This document shows, piece after piece, positions 20,371 to 30,605 of a DNA stretch of 64,000 nt. Both the position numbers and the translations under genes were made by a program. A model generated the notes under the pieces. The model was not told the origin of the DNA, ran no database searches, and saw nothing but the letters and a program-made list of their open reading frames with translations. Every line of letters starts with the position of its first letter. The first letter of the stretch is position 1. Location: the NCBI GenBank assembly GCA_965248535.1, contig CBDFJR010000005.1:1184001-1248000 (forward strand). Reading direction: 5' to 3'. This DNA comes from Phormidesmis sp. GTDB lineage: Bacteria > Cyanobacteriota > Cyanobacteriia > Leptolyngbyales > Leptolyngbyaceae.

Positions 20371-20655
20371 GTGACAGCAAGACAAATGCCTCAAAAGCGT
20401 AGAAACCCTGCAAAGGGTAAAGTTAATCCAAAGTCGATCGCCAACCTGATTCACGAAGGCAGACCACCCGCCTTTAATGAGGAGAAAAAGCGCCGGACGC
20501 TGACTGTGACCGAATCGGGTTGGGAAGGAGCAATGGCGATCGCAAAAGATCTAGATTGCCGGGGGATCTCTGAACTGATTGAGTTAATTGGTCGGGGACA
20601 GTTGTTTGTCGTTCATTCAGAAAGCTCTGAATCAGCTTTAGATGATAGGGATTAG
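20371..20655 (+). CDS. Small RHH-like DNA-binding protein
   Basis: KKRRTLTVTESGWE...ISELIELIGRG strand-helix-helix pattern; divergent from the promoter above. Confidence 0.6.
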   Translation: MTARQMPQKRRNPAKGKVNPKSIANLIHEGRPPAFNEEKKRRTLTVTESGWEGAMAIAKDLDCRGISELIELIGRGQLFVVHSESSESALDDRD

Positions 20656-20879
20656 CTCTCCTTTTCCGAGGGAAAGCTAAGTTACTGGGTTCAGGCAGTT
20701 GTGTAACGATCTAAGCTACCGCGTTCAGATGATCGCCGTCTATATCAGTAACCAGGTATTGAGTCCAACAATCAAAGCGACTACTGCTTATGTCATAACT
20801 TCAGTCATCTGGAATTGACAAGTTCACCTGTCAAGAAAAACATGAGTTGCTTTACATCGCCTACTTGGTCTGGTTCCGT

Positions 20880-21281
20880 TCAATGATTCGGCTCGTTGAG
20901 GTGTTCAGCGACTTCTCGGTATAAATTCATCACATGGCTGTCTGCAAGCCCGTAATAGACATTGCGTCCTTCTTTTCGATATTCGACTAAGCGCATTGCT
21001 CGAAGAATCCGCAATTGATGAGAGACAGCAGATTCACTCATTTTCACACCTGCTGCTAAGTCACAGACGCAAAGTTCTTGAGTGGCTAACGCCGAAATCA
21101 GGCGAAGGCGACTTGGATCAGCCAACACCCCGAAGAACTCAGCCATGCGTTGAGCCTCGTTGATCGCCAAAATCTCAGGCTGTATTTGACGCACCTGATC
21201 TAGATGGACTAAATGAGTTTCACAGCTTGGTGCATCAGAGTTGGAAACCATTGGCTTTTTGGAACGGCTAGACTTATTCAT
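20880..21281 (-). CDS. ArsR/SmtB-family metal-sensing repressor (SmtB/ZiaR-like)
   Basis: ELCVCDLA, SESAVSHQLR, alpha-5 site DSHV...EH; N-terminal CETH. Confidence 0.92.
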   Translation of the reverse strand: MNKSSRSKKPMVSNSDAPSCETHLVHLDQVRQIQPEILAINEAQRMAEFFGVLADPSRLRLISALATQELCVCDLAAGVKMSESAVSHQLRILRAMRLVEYRKEGRNVYYGLADSHVMNLYREVAEHLNEPNH

Positions 21282-21334
21282 AGTTAGGATTGCTTGCTAA
21301 CTCCCAGTATAAACAAGGAATGGAAATCATTCTT

Positions 21335-21358
21335 ATATATGAACATTTGATCATACAT
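21335..21358. promoter_or_regulatory. SmtB/ZiaR-type operator
   Basis: ATATATGAACA-TT-TGATCATACAT imperfect inverted repeat between repressor and ATPase. Confidence 0.8.
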
Positions 21359-21403
21359 TTGTAGAAAACGCACTATAATTCAGAGTAAGTGTTCTGTAAA
21401 CTC

Positions 21404-23617
21404 ATGATGATCTCAAATCCTGCGCTCAAAACTCAGCAATTGCAAGTGAATGGGATGGACTGCGGCAGTTGTGCCAAAACGATCGAAGCCAGCTTGCAGC
21501 AACTGACGGGAATTGTTGCAGTGTCGGTTAGCTTTGCAGCCGGATCGGTGAAAGTCTCTTATGACCCGCAGCAGGTGAGCGAGACGGCACTCTATGAGCG
21601 GCTTAAAGCTTTAGGCTACACAGTTAAAGAGAATCTAACCCATACCTCCCTTCATTCTCATGATTGTTGTAATGATTATCAGGGGCACAATCATCCAGTA
21701 TCCAAGGATTTGAGGTCAGTCGAACCAAGAGGGTGGAAACTCTGGGTTCGCGATCGCCGATCTCAAAGTGTTTTGCTGGCAGGAGTGGGATTGATTCTGG
21801 GATTAATCGCTCAACAACTCGCATTGCCGATTTGGATGGCACGGGCGTTTTACGGCGTTGGCATTGTGGTGGCAGGAGACCCGATCGCGCGGGCTGGGCT
21901 GATGGAGTTGCGGCTGCGCCGCGCTGATATGAACTTACTGATGACCATTTCAGTCATTGGCGCAGTAGTTCTAGGCGACTGGTTTGAAGGGGCATTAGTT
22001 GTTCTACTATTTTCTCTCGGAACGACGCTTCAGAGCTTTACGTTTGGTCGAACTCGCAACGCTATTCGCGCTTTGATGGACTTGACTCCCGCGACTGCTA
22101 CTATCAAGCGCAATGGGCAAGAAATCACCGTTTCGGTTGAAGCAGTGCAAATCGGTGAAACCTTGACGATTCGACCGGGCCAGCGCATTGCTCTAGATGG
22201 TCGGGTGATTTCGGGTGATTCTGCGGTGGATCAGTCTCCGATCACCGGGGAATCGGTTCCAGAAGATAAAGCGCCGGGTGATCTGGTGTTCGCCGGAACG
22301 CTCAATCAGACAGGCTTTCTAGAAGTGGAAGTCACTCACACATCGAGCGATACAACGGTTGCAAAGATTGTTCATCTCGTCGAAGCAGCGCAGTCGAGCC
22401 GTGCGCCCACCCAACAATGGGTCGATCGCTTTGCCGAAATATATACTCCGATTGTGATCCTAACCGCGATCGCGATTTCAATTATTCCACCACTCATGTT
22501 CGCGCAACCGTTTGACGTTTGGCTTTATCGCGCCTTGGTGATGCTCGTGATTGCTTGCCCTTGTGCATTGGTGATTTCAACTCCGGTTTCGATTGTGAGT
22601 GCGATCGGGGCGGCGACTCGTGAGGGTGTGTTGTTCAAAGGCGGTCATGCCCTCGAAACGGCGGGTAAGTTAAATACGATCGCGTTTGATAAAACAGGAA
22701 CGATCACGCGAGGATTGCCGACCGTTCAAAAGGTTTATTCGTTAGGTGATGTCAGTGTTAATCAGATTTTATTGATTACGGCATCCCTAGAGCAACAGTC
22801 TGAGCATCCGTTTGCAAAAGCGATCGTCACTTACACAACCGAACAAGCGATCGAACTCGCAGCACCTGAAAACTTCAAAGCATTTCCCGGAAAAGGCATT
22901 CAAGCCGCCTTTGGAACTTCAATTTATCTCGTTGGAAACCAAAAATTGCTGGATGATCAAAAGATTATTTTGTCTCCAGAAACCGAATTGGTGCTATCTA
23001 AAATTGAAGCGATCGGGCAAACGCCTGTTTTAGTAGGAACGACTCAAGCAGTCTTAGGCGTAATTGCCTTAGCAGATGGAGTCCGGCTAGAAGCAGCAGA
23101 AGCGATGCGATCGCTAAAAAAAGTGGGAGTGAAAACGCTCGTAATGTTGACGGGCGATCGCGCTCCGGTTGCTCAACAAATTGCTCACCAAGTTAACCTC
23201 TCAGACTATCGGGCTGATCTGCTTCCCGAAGACAAGCTTGAAGCGATTCAGCAGCTTCGACGATCGGGAGTTGTTGGCATGGTGGGGGATGGTATTAATG
23301 ATGCACCTGCACTGGCGGCGGCAGATATTAGCTTTGCTGTCGGGGGCATTGATATCGCGCTCGAAACAGCAGATGTCGTGCTAGTCGGAAGCGATTTGAG
23401 AAAATTAGCTTACGCGGTTGATCTGAGCCGTCGGACTGTCTCCATCATTCAGCAAAACGTCATGTTTTCGCTGGTCACAAAAGGTCTATTTTTACTGTTA
23501 GGCACGTTTGGATTTGTGGGATTAGCGATCGCGGTTCTCGCAGACACAGGGACTTCATTGCTCGTCACCGCAAATGGAATGCGGTTATTCAAACCTCAGA
23601 AAACTCATCAGAAATAA
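21404..23617 (+). CDS. Heavy-metal P1B-type ATPase (Zn/Cd/Pb; ZiaA/CadA-like)
   Basis: GMDCGSC, His/Cys-rich linker, TGES, CPC, DKTGT, EHP, GDGINDAP. Confidence 0.95.
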   Translation: MMISNPALKTQQLQVNGMDCGSCAKTIEASLQQLTGIVAVSVSFAAGSVKVSYDPQQVSETALYERLKALGYTVKENLTHTSLHSHDCCNDYQGHNHPVSKDLRSVEPRGWKLWVRDRRSQSVLLAGVGLILGLIAQQLALPIWMARAFYGVGIVVAGDPIARAGLMELRLRRADMNLLMTISVIGAVVLGDWFEGALVVLLFSLGTTLQSFTFGRTRNAIRALMDLTPATATIKRNGQEITVSVEAVQIGETLTIRPGQRIALDGRVISGDSAVDQSPITGESVPEDKAPGDLVFAGTLNQTGFLEVEVTHTSSDTTVAKIVHLVEAAQSSRAPTQQWVDRFAEIYTPIVILTAIAISIIPPLMFAQPFDVWLYRALVMLVIACPCALVISTPVSIVSAIGAATREGVLFKGGHALETAGKLNTIAFDKTGTITRGLPTVQKVYSLGDVSVNQILLITASLEQQSEHPFAKAIVTYTTEQAIELAAPENFKAFPGKGIQAAFGTSIYLVGNQKLLDDQKIILSPETELVLSKIEAIGQTPVLVGTTQAVLGVIALADGVRLEAAEAMRSLKKVGVKTLVMLTGDRAPVAQQIAHQVNLSDYRADLLPEDKLEAIQQLRRSGVVGMVGDGINDAPALAAADISFAVGGIDIALETADVVLVGSDLRKLAYAVDLSRRTVSIIQQNVMFSLVTKGLFLLLGTFGFVGLAIAVLADTGTSLLVTANGMRLFKPQKTHQK

Positions 23618-23620
23618 ACA

Positions 23621-24544
23621 ATGACACACAATCATAGTCACGGGCATCACGGTCACAGCCACGGCACCAGCAACTACGATCGCGCCTTTATCGTCAGCGT
23701 GGCGTTAAATACTGGGTTTGTGGTGATTGAAGTTGTCTACGGAGTTTTGGCAAACTCTCTCGCCTTGCTTGCCGATGCAGGGCACAACCTCAGCGACGTT
23801 TTAGGACTTCTGCTGGCTTGGGGAGCGAGTGTTTTGGTTCGTCGCCAACCGACACCCCGGCGAACCTTTGGATTTCGTCGATCGTCGATTTTGGCAGCCT
23901 TGATCAATGCAGCGTTTCTCCTAGTTGCCTGTGGCGGCATTGGGTGGGAGGCGATTCAACGGTTTCGCGCCCCCTCTGAGGTAGCAGCAGGAACAGTGAT
24001 TGTTGTCGCAGCGATCGGAATTGCGGTGAATACGATTAGCGCTCTGATGTTCGTTGCAGGTCGCAAAAATGATCTCAACATTCGCGGGGCTTTTATGCAC
24101 TTAGCGGCGGATGCTGTCGTATCGTTGGGTGTGGTGTTGGCTGGGATCGCGATCGTGATGACAGGCTGGCAGTGGCTCGATCCAGCCGTTAGCTTGGGAG
24201 TCACAGCAATCATTGTCTTAGGCACCTGGCAACTGTTTCGGGAATCGTTCAATTTGGTCTTAGATGCGGTTCCAGAAGGAATCGAACCGCTTGCAGTGCG
24301 AACTTATCTCGCTGAACGTCCCGGTGTCGCTCAAGTTCACGACTTACACATCTGGGCAATGAGTACTACGGAGGTTGCTTTAACTGTTCACCTGGTCACG
24401 CCAGAAAAACATCCGGGCGACGCATTCTTAGCGCAAATCTGTCAAGAACTGCACGATCATTTTGGGATTGAACATACGACCATTCAGATTGAACTGGGTG
24501 ACTCTGATTCTATTTGTGCGCTAGCCTCTGAGAACGTAGTTTAA
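23621..24544 (+). CDS. Cation diffusion facilitator (CzcD/ZitB-like)
   Basis: His-rich N-terminus, SLALLADAGHNLSD, HLAAD, VHDLHIW. Confidence 0.93.
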   Translation: MTHNHSHGHHGHSHGTSNYDRAFIVSVALNTGFVVIEVVYGVLANSLALLADAGHNLSDVLGLLLAWGASVLVRRQPTPRRTFGFRRSSILAALINAAFLLVACGGIGWEAIQRFRAPSEVAAGTVIVVAAIGIAVNTISALMFVAGRKNDLNIRGAFMHLAADAVVSLGVVLAGIAIVMTGWQWLDPAVSLGVTAIIVLGTWQLFRESFNLVLDAVPEGIEPLAVRTYLAERPGVAQVHDLHIWAMSTTEVALTVHLVTPEKHPGDAFLAQICQELHDHFGIEHTTIQIELGDSDSICALASENVV

Positions 24545-24552
24545 AGCGAACA

Positions 24553-24753
24553 ATGAAGAGCCAATCTGCTCGGTTTTATGCGATTTTGTCGATCGGGTTG
24601 CCTTTTTCAACATTGTCCTTAATTTCGGTGCTTATCTCTGACGCATTGAAATCAGTTGTTCATTTGATTGCAGTGATCGTGGCTTGGGATCATCTATTTC
24701 ATTCTCTGCCGCTAGAGCAAATAGGATGGGGACTAGGTTTGACAATGACCTAA
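24553..24753 (+). CDS. Small hydrophobic hypothetical protein or gene remnant
   Basis: ATG 8 bp after the CDF stop; hydrophobic. Confidence 0.35.
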   Translation: MKSQSARFYAILSIGLPFSTLSLISVLISDALKSVVHLIAVIVAWDHLFHSLPLEQIGWGLGLTMT

Positions 24754-24905
24754 ATTCTTGATTGAAGCAGTAGCCGCTTCGCAAAAAGAGTCGATCGACG
24801 AAATCATGTAGATTTGGCTGTACTCTGGATTGTACTGAAATGGCGTTGTGCGAAGGACAGTTGTCTCTATGCTGAAGCAAAAACTCACTCTATTACTTGC
24901 TACTG

Positions 24906-26636
24906 ATGCTAAAGAGAACGTTTCCGTCTCCTGAAACCCTGAGACGATTTCCTTTCGGTCTGGCTGATATTGCTGTTATGCTGGGAACCTTGCTGCTCTT
25001 GGCACTGATTGCACGGGTTGGTGCCGGAACGCTCGTGAGCTTTGTGCCGCCCGATGTCGTGCCGGATGTTAGCCTCGATCCTCGCAATCTGCCGTATTAC
25101 GCAGGACGATCGACGCTGAGAATGTTTATCGCGTTGTTCTGTTCAACGGTTTTTACCCTGATTTATGGCTATCTGGCGGCTCACAGTCGTCGGGCTGAGA
25201 AGGTTCTGATTCCCTTGTTGGATATCTTGCAGTCGGTGCCGATTTTGGGATTTTTATCGATCACCGTAACCGGATTCATTGCTCTCTTTCCAGGAAGTTT
25301 ATTAGGGTTGGAAGCCGCTTCTATCTTTGCGATCTTCACCAGTCAAGCCTGGAATATGACCTTTTCGTTTTATCACTCCCTCAAAACAGTGCCGCGTGAA
25401 CTTGATGAAGCGGTGACGCTCTATCATTTGTCAGGCTGGGAGCGCTTTACGAAGCTAGAAATCCCTTCTGCGATGATTGGTCTTGTGTGGAACGCCATGA
25501 TGAGTTTTGGCGGCGGCTGGTTTTTTGTGGCTGCGAGTGAAGCAATTAGCGTCCTCAATCAGAAATACACGCTTCCCGGCATTGGGTCTTATGTCGCCTC
25601 GGCGATCGCGGCTCAAGATCTATCGGCTCTAGGCTGGGCACTTTTAGCGATCGCGGTCGTAATCGTGCTCGTTGACCAACTTTTCTGGCGACCGTTGATC
25701 GCTTGGTCAGACAAGTTTCGACTCGAACAAAGCGCCGCCGCCGCACCCGAATCCTGGCTATATGATCTTCTACAAGCAGCACGAATTCCTCGTCTAGTTC
25801 AGCAGGCCTTCGCGCCGCTCAGTGATGCCATCAATCGGCTGCTGTCGCGTCTCACCCCTCAGCAGTCGGCACGTCCCGTCGTGGCAAGTCAACAGACGAG
25901 GAACGATCGCTTGTTTAACCTCGCACTACTGGTGATCATTGGCGGATTGCTGATCGCAGGCATTCACTTTGTTTTAGTAACAGTTGGCTTAAGTGAGGTA
26001 ATCAAGGCGTTTGGGCTAGGACTCTTAACGCTGATGCGGGTGACGGGATTGCTCATCTTCGCCACGATCGTCTGGACTCCGATCGGAGTCGCGATCGGCT
26101 TTAATCCCAAACTAGCGCGGCTGCTGCAACCCGTCGTGCAGTTTCTCGCCTCGTTTCCTGCCAATTTTATCTTTCCGTTTGCAACGCTGTTCTTTATTCA
26201 GGCTCATATCAGCATCGATTGGGGCAGCATTTTGCTCATGTCGTTGGGCGCACAGTGGTACATTTTATTTAACTCGATCGCAGGAGCGATGAGCATCCCC
26301 ACTGATTTGCGCGAAATGGCAAGAGATGTGGGCTTGAAGCGGTGGCATCTGTGGCGAAAATTGATCATTCCCGGCATCTTTTCGGCTTGGGTGACAGGCG
26401 GCGTGACGGCAAGCGGGGGCGCATGGAATGCCAGCATTATTTCTGAAATTGTCACCTGGGGATCAACAACGCTCACCGCCAATGGACTGGGCGCTTATAT
26501 CGCCAATGCAACCGCGATCGGGGATTGGTCGCGCATCACGTTAGGGATCGGTATGATGAGCTTGTTTGTGGTCGGGATCAACCGCCTGTTTTGGCAGCGA
26601 CTCTACCAATTGTCGGAGACAAAGTACCATCTCTAG
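24906..26636 (+). CDS. ABC transporter permease with duplicated permease domains (NitT/TauT-like)
   Basis: LDILQSVP, WNAMMSFGGGWFF, GGAWNASI; many TM helices. Confidence 0.9.
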   Translation: MLKRTFPSPETLRRFPFGLADIAVMLGTLLLLALIARVGAGTLVSFVPPDVVPDVSLDPRNLPYYAGRSTLRMFIALFCSTVFTLIYGYLAAHSRRAEKVLIPLLDILQSVPILGFLSITVTGFIALFPGSLLGLEAASIFAIFTSQAWNMTFSFYHSLKTVPRELDEAVTLYHLSGWERFTKLEIPSAMIGLVWNAMMSFGGGWFFVAASEAISVLNQKYTLPGIGSYVASAIAAQDLSALGWALLAIAVVIVLVDQLFWRPLIAWSDKFRLEQSAAAAPESWLYDLLQAARIPRLVQQAFAPLSDAINRLLSRLTPQQSARPVVASQQTRNDRLFNLALLVIIGGLLIAGIHFVLVTVGLSEVIKAFGLGLLTLMRVTGLLIFATIVWTPIGVAIGFNPKLARLLQPVVQFLASFPANFIFPFATLFFIQAHISIDWGSILLMSLGAQWYILFNSIAGAMSIPTDLREMARDVGLKRWHLWRKLIIPGIFSAWVTGGVTASGGAWNASIISEIVTWGSTTLTANGLGAYIANATAIGDWSRITLGIGMMSLFVVGINRLFWQRLYQLSETKYHL

Positions 26637-26648
26637 GAAAAAAGCAGG

Positions 26649-27998
26649 ATGCAAAAAGACGAGATGCTGATCGCGGTTGAGCAGGTCAACAAAAGCTTTC
26701 CGAAGCCAGAGGGCAAAGGCGAATTTACCGTTCTCCGTAACATTGACCTGACGGTGAAATCGGGTGAAGTACTAGCGTTGCTGGGTCGCAGTGGCAGCGG
26801 CAAAAGTACCCTGCTCCGAATTATGGCAGGCTTGATTCCACCTAGTCAGGGGCAAGTGATCAGCAACGGTAGACCTTTGCAGGGTGCTAACACCGATGTA
26901 GCGATGGTCTTTCAAAGCTTTGCGCTGCTGCCTTGGCTGACCGTTCAAGAAAATGTAGAACTCGGACTCGAAGCGCAAGGAGTCAAGCGAGAGGAACGAC
27001 ATCAGCGATCGCTCAAAGCAATCGACCTCGTGGGCTTAGATGGATTTGAGAATGCCTACCCCAAAGAACTGTCTGGCGGCATGAAACAACGAGTCGGCTT
27101 TGCGCGGGCCTTTGTGCTGGAACCCAAAGTGTTGTTTATGGATGAACCCTTTAGTGCGCTGGATGTCTTAACCTCCGAGAACCTGCGGGGTGAAATTGAT
27201 GACCTGTGGAACGCGGGAACATTTCCGTCTAAAAGCATTTTGATTGTTACCCACAACATTGAAGAAGCAGTGTATCTTGCCGATCGCATTATCATTTTGG
27301 GCGCGAATCCCGGTGAAATTCGAGGTGAAGTAATCGTTGATTTGCCGCGATCGCACGATCGGACGAGCGATCGCTTTAAAGCGTTGGTCGATTACATCTA
27401 TACGGTGATGACCAATCCCGATGCCAAAGTGACCGGAGAAGTAGCACCCAAAGTGCCCATGCAGCCTGTTACGCCTCGCCCTCCCTATGCCCAGGCACTG
27501 CCCCATGTGCGGATCGGTGGAGTGAGCGGGTTACTAGAACTGATTGCCGATCAGCCCGAAGGAAAAGACGACATTCCTAGGCTTGCAGAGCAGATTCAGC
27601 TAGAAGTAGACAACTTACTTCCTCTCTTAGATGCGGCGGTGCTGTTAGGCTTTGCAGAGTTAAATCAGGGTGATGTTAGCCTTACATCTATTGGGCGTGA
27701 CTTTGCCACCACCACAATTTTGCGAAGTAAAGACCTATTCCGTCAGCAGGTGTTAGAACGAGTGCCGCTACTAGTCAGCATGGTTCGCACCCTGGAGGAA
27801 AAGCGAAATCGATCCATGCGGGCGGATTTCTTTCTAGACTTGCTGGATGAATATTATCCCCATGAAGAAGCCGCACGACAGTTTGCAACCGCAGTCGATT
27901 GGGGTCGCTACGCGGAACTGTTTGAGTATGATGCCAGCGAAGACCGCATTTATCTCCCGGAGTCAGCGATCGCCGGGAGCCGTGAACAATCTGAATAG
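26649..27998 (+). CDS. ABC ATPase, NitT/TauT family, with C-terminal extension
   Basis: GRSGSGKS, LSGGMKQR, FMDEPF; C-terminal WGRYAELFEYD. Confidence 0.92.
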   Translation: MQKDEMLIAVEQVNKSFPKPEGKGEFTVLRNIDLTVKSGEVLALLGRSGSGKSTLLRIMAGLIPPSQGQVISNGRPLQGANTDVAMVFQSFALLPWLTVQENVELGLEAQGVKREERHQRSLKAIDLVGLDGFENAYPKELSGGMKQRVGFARAFVLEPKVLFMDEPFSALDVLTSENLRGEIDDLWNAGTFPSKSILIVTHNIEEAVYLADRIIILGANPGEIRGEVIVDLPRSHDRTSDRFKALVDYIYTVMTNPDAKVTGEVAPKVPMQPVTPRPPYAQALPHVRIGGVSGLLELIADQPEGKDDIPRLAEQIQLEVDNLLPLLDAAVLLGFAELNQGDVSLTSIGRDFATTTILRSKDLFRQQVLERVPLLVSMVRTLEEKRNRSMRADFFLDLLDEYYPHEEAARQFATAVDWGRYAELFEYDASEDRIYLPESAIAGSREQSE

Positions 27999-28159
27999 TT
28001 GAGCTTTGTATCCAAAGGCGAGAGACAAAAATGCTTTAAAGAAATCAAATATTTGTGACTAAGCATGAGGACTCTTCATTCCAGCCCTTATGATCAGACT
28101 CGCACTCAGACGCTCACCTGACGCAGCTAGCCCTGTGTGTGACTTTGCAGGAACCGCTA

Positions 28160-28645
28160 ACGATGTCTACAGATCCCCCCTCTAATTCAGACTCCACTCC
28201 TCCAGTTTCAGCCTCTGCCCCAAACCAGCCTTCACCCCCTGTCATGCCCCCAAAAGTAGTGCGGCAAGAGCGACGGGTGCGAAATTTGATTTTAGACTAC
28301 GCCCTAGGCACGTCGATTTTGGGGCTGATTCCGCTCCCTCGATTATTCACGCTCAAGCTACTGGTTGCCTTTGGGTTGATCCTCAAGCTGATCTGGGACA
28401 TCGGCAAACTGTGGCGCTTTCGCAAAGGGCAAGACCTGCTCGCGATCGCAGGCGTATTTTTCGGAAGTCTGGGCGCTTTAGCCATGTCCTTTACCGCATG
28501 GCTCACGTTTTTTGGACTGGGAGTGTTTGTGCCCTATCTAAAAGGTTTAGCATTTGCGGCTGCCCTATTTACCCTGCCTTGGGGCATTGGGCAGACAGTC
28601 AACCAGTTTTATGCGAGTGGCGATGAGTCAGGAGTCAGGCGGTAA
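28160..28645 (+). CDS. Hypothetical membrane protein
   Basis: Pro-rich N-terminus then several hydrophobic helices; stop overlaps the next start; start uncertain (28139-28163). Confidence 0.65.
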   Translation, partial: TMSTDPPSNSDSTPPVSASAPNQPSPPVMPPKVVRQERRVRNLILDYALGTSILGLIPLPRLFTLKLLVAFGLILKLIWDIGKLWRFRKGQDLLAIAGVFFGSLGALAMSFTAWLTFFGLGVFVPYLKGLAFAAALFTLPWGIGQTVNQFYASGDESGVRR

Positions 28646-29805
28646 TGAACATCAGACGACGACAAATTTTATTAGGAGGGGTTGCGGCGGGTGTAGCGGC
28701 AACCGTAGGAAGCGAGTATGCGGTTCGCCGCGCCGCGCAAGCTCACAGCGCCGAGTGGCTTGCTCTCAACGCCAGCGATCCAACTCGCTTACTCAAACAA
28801 ACCTTTGAAGCAGATGCCAAAAAAATTAATGCAGGTCTTGCCATTCAAGCCTCGGTTGGGCAACCGCATCCCCCCATTCCCTATAGCCGGGAGATGTCGA
28901 GCCTGCTGATTCAATGCAGCAAACTTGCCACTCAGCAATATCTCACCGGAAAAACAATTCCGACCTACGATGGCTCGATTAAGGTGCTGCCCGCTTATTT
29001 TCGTGAACTTGATGGCTACACCCAACTCACGTCTTTTAAAGGGCATGAAGCCGAAGTGGAAGACACGATCGAGGTAGACGTTCCGACAACCGCTCAAAGC
29101 AACCCGCAAGACCCGTTAGAGCAAGGAGCTAATGAAGCCCAAACCACGATCGGACAAACCGTCAAAGAAGCCGTAAAGTTAAGGCAAATTACACCCGTTT
29201 ATTTGGGATTTGTGCTCGTCTCGAAAACTAGAAACATCATTGTATTTCGGGGCACTCAGCGCAATACCGAATGGCTTTATAACGTCTACGCTCGACAGCA
29301 GGATTACCACAACCCAGCAGGCGGAGAATCTCTGGGCAAAGTGCATCGAGGCTTTGTTGCCAATTATAAAAGCATTATCAATCCCATTCCTCGCGACATT
29401 GCCAAGCGATTAGACCCCTCTATACCTTGCTATATTACAGGGCATAGTTTAGGGTCTGCACTAGCAGTGCTTGCATCCGTTGACTTAGCATTGAATCTCC
29501 CAACGCTCAAACCGCAGATTCAGCTCTATACCTATGCCGGGGCACGAGTCGGCGATCCGACCTTTGCTCAGATTCATGCTCAATCTGTTCCTAATCATTA
29601 TCGCATTGTTAACTTGGCAGATATCGTGCCGTTACTGCCACCGATTCAGTCTCCGGGTGGAACCTACGTTCACACGGGGGAAGAGTGGTCATTTCTGTCT
29701 CAGGCTGGCGATTTTCTTCCCAATCACGTTGTCGATACCTATCGTCAGGCGATCTCCCGACGGGTTGAAACGAATCAACACCGGACTTATCCCGTGTCAG
29801 GGTAG
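28645..29805 (+). CDS. Class 3 lipase with twin-arginine-like signal
   Basis: RRRQILLG signal, IVFRGT, VHRGF, GHSLG, DIVP. Confidence 0.9.
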   Translation: MNIRRRQILLGGVAAGVAATVGSEYAVRRAAQAHSAEWLALNASDPTRLLKQTFEADAKKINAGLAIQASVGQPHPPIPYSREMSSLLIQCSKLATQQYLTGKTIPTYDGSIKVLPAYFRELDGYTQLTSFKGHEAEVEDTIEVDVPTTAQSNPQDPLEQGANEAQTTIGQTVKEAVKLRQITPVYLGFVLVSKTRNIIVFRGTQRNTEWLYNVYARQQDYHNPAGGESLGKVHRGFVANYKSIINPIPRDIAKRLDPSIPCYITGHSLGSALAVLASVDLALNLPTLKPQIQLYTYAGARVGDPTFAQIHAQSVPNHYRIVNLADIVPLLPPIQSPGGTYVHTGEEWSFLSQAGDFLPNHVVDTYRQAISRRVETNQHRTYPVSG

Positions 29806-29841
29806 TTTCCAATAGCATTCTGATATCACCTCTACTATTCT

Positions 29842-30552
29842 TCAGGACTCCCAGGATGAAGAGACACGGCTGCTAACAAACTGGAAGCGAACGAAGTTTC
29901 GACTGGCAACTTCTCGCCCAGGGAGTTGCGGGTTTTGCGTCAATGGTTTGATCAAAAAGTCTGGATGCAAATTCCAACCGAATAATCCTGCTAATCCCAT
30001 CACTACTCCAAACACCGTGGGAATCAGAGCTAGACCAAATAACCAACGCTTTTGAGATAACGAGGTGATGGCTAATAGAGAAATCGCGATCGACAGCGCC
30101 GCATCCGAGAGATCAAACTGGTCGTCATGAAAGTTAAGCGTGTCATAAGTCTTTTGGTCGGCTTCAGCGATCGCTCGTTGCTGCTCTTTCTTCTGGTCTT
30201 CTACAGTTGCCAGGTCTTGATACGATTTGATTTGTTGGGTATAAGCGGCTCGATTGGCAGGTGGCTGTGAGAGAATTTGCAGCTGTAGTTGAGCAATGGT
30301 GGCTTTAGCGATTTCAGACCGAAGATTACGAGCTTGATACAGCGACCAGTCATCAATCCGGTTTGCCTGCGCTTGCTGCATTCCTTGGACAATATTGTCG
30401 TCCTTGATTTTGCATACCCCGATAAAGGTAGCAAGCAAGGCAACGGCGATCGCAACAGCAGTGTTTAACTGACTTTTACGTTTCTCTTGATTAAGTGCTT
30501 GGGTTTCTTCAGGCTCGTTGGCTTGAATCAGATCTAGGGGGTCAATGTCCAT
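29842..30552 (-). CDS. DUF4337-like membrane protein
   Basis: TM helix, DDWSLYQARN, coiled coil, two C-terminal TM helices. Confidence 0.75.
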   Translation of the reverse strand: MDIDPLDLIQANEPEETQALNQEKRKSQLNTAVAIAVALLATFIGVCKIKDDNIVQGMQQAQANRIDDWSLYQARNLRSEIAKATIAQLQLQILSQPPANRAAYTQQIKSYQDLATVEDQKKEQQRAIAEADQKTYDTLNFHDDQFDLSDAALSIAISLLAITSLSQKRWLFGLALIPTVFGVVMGLAGLFGWNLHPDFLIKPLTQNPQLPGREVASRNFVRFQFVSSRVSSSWES

Positions 30553-30605
30553 AGCGCTTAGTCAAGTTCTCCTCGGTTTAAGGTTTTAGGGAATGAAGAG
30601 TCGGA

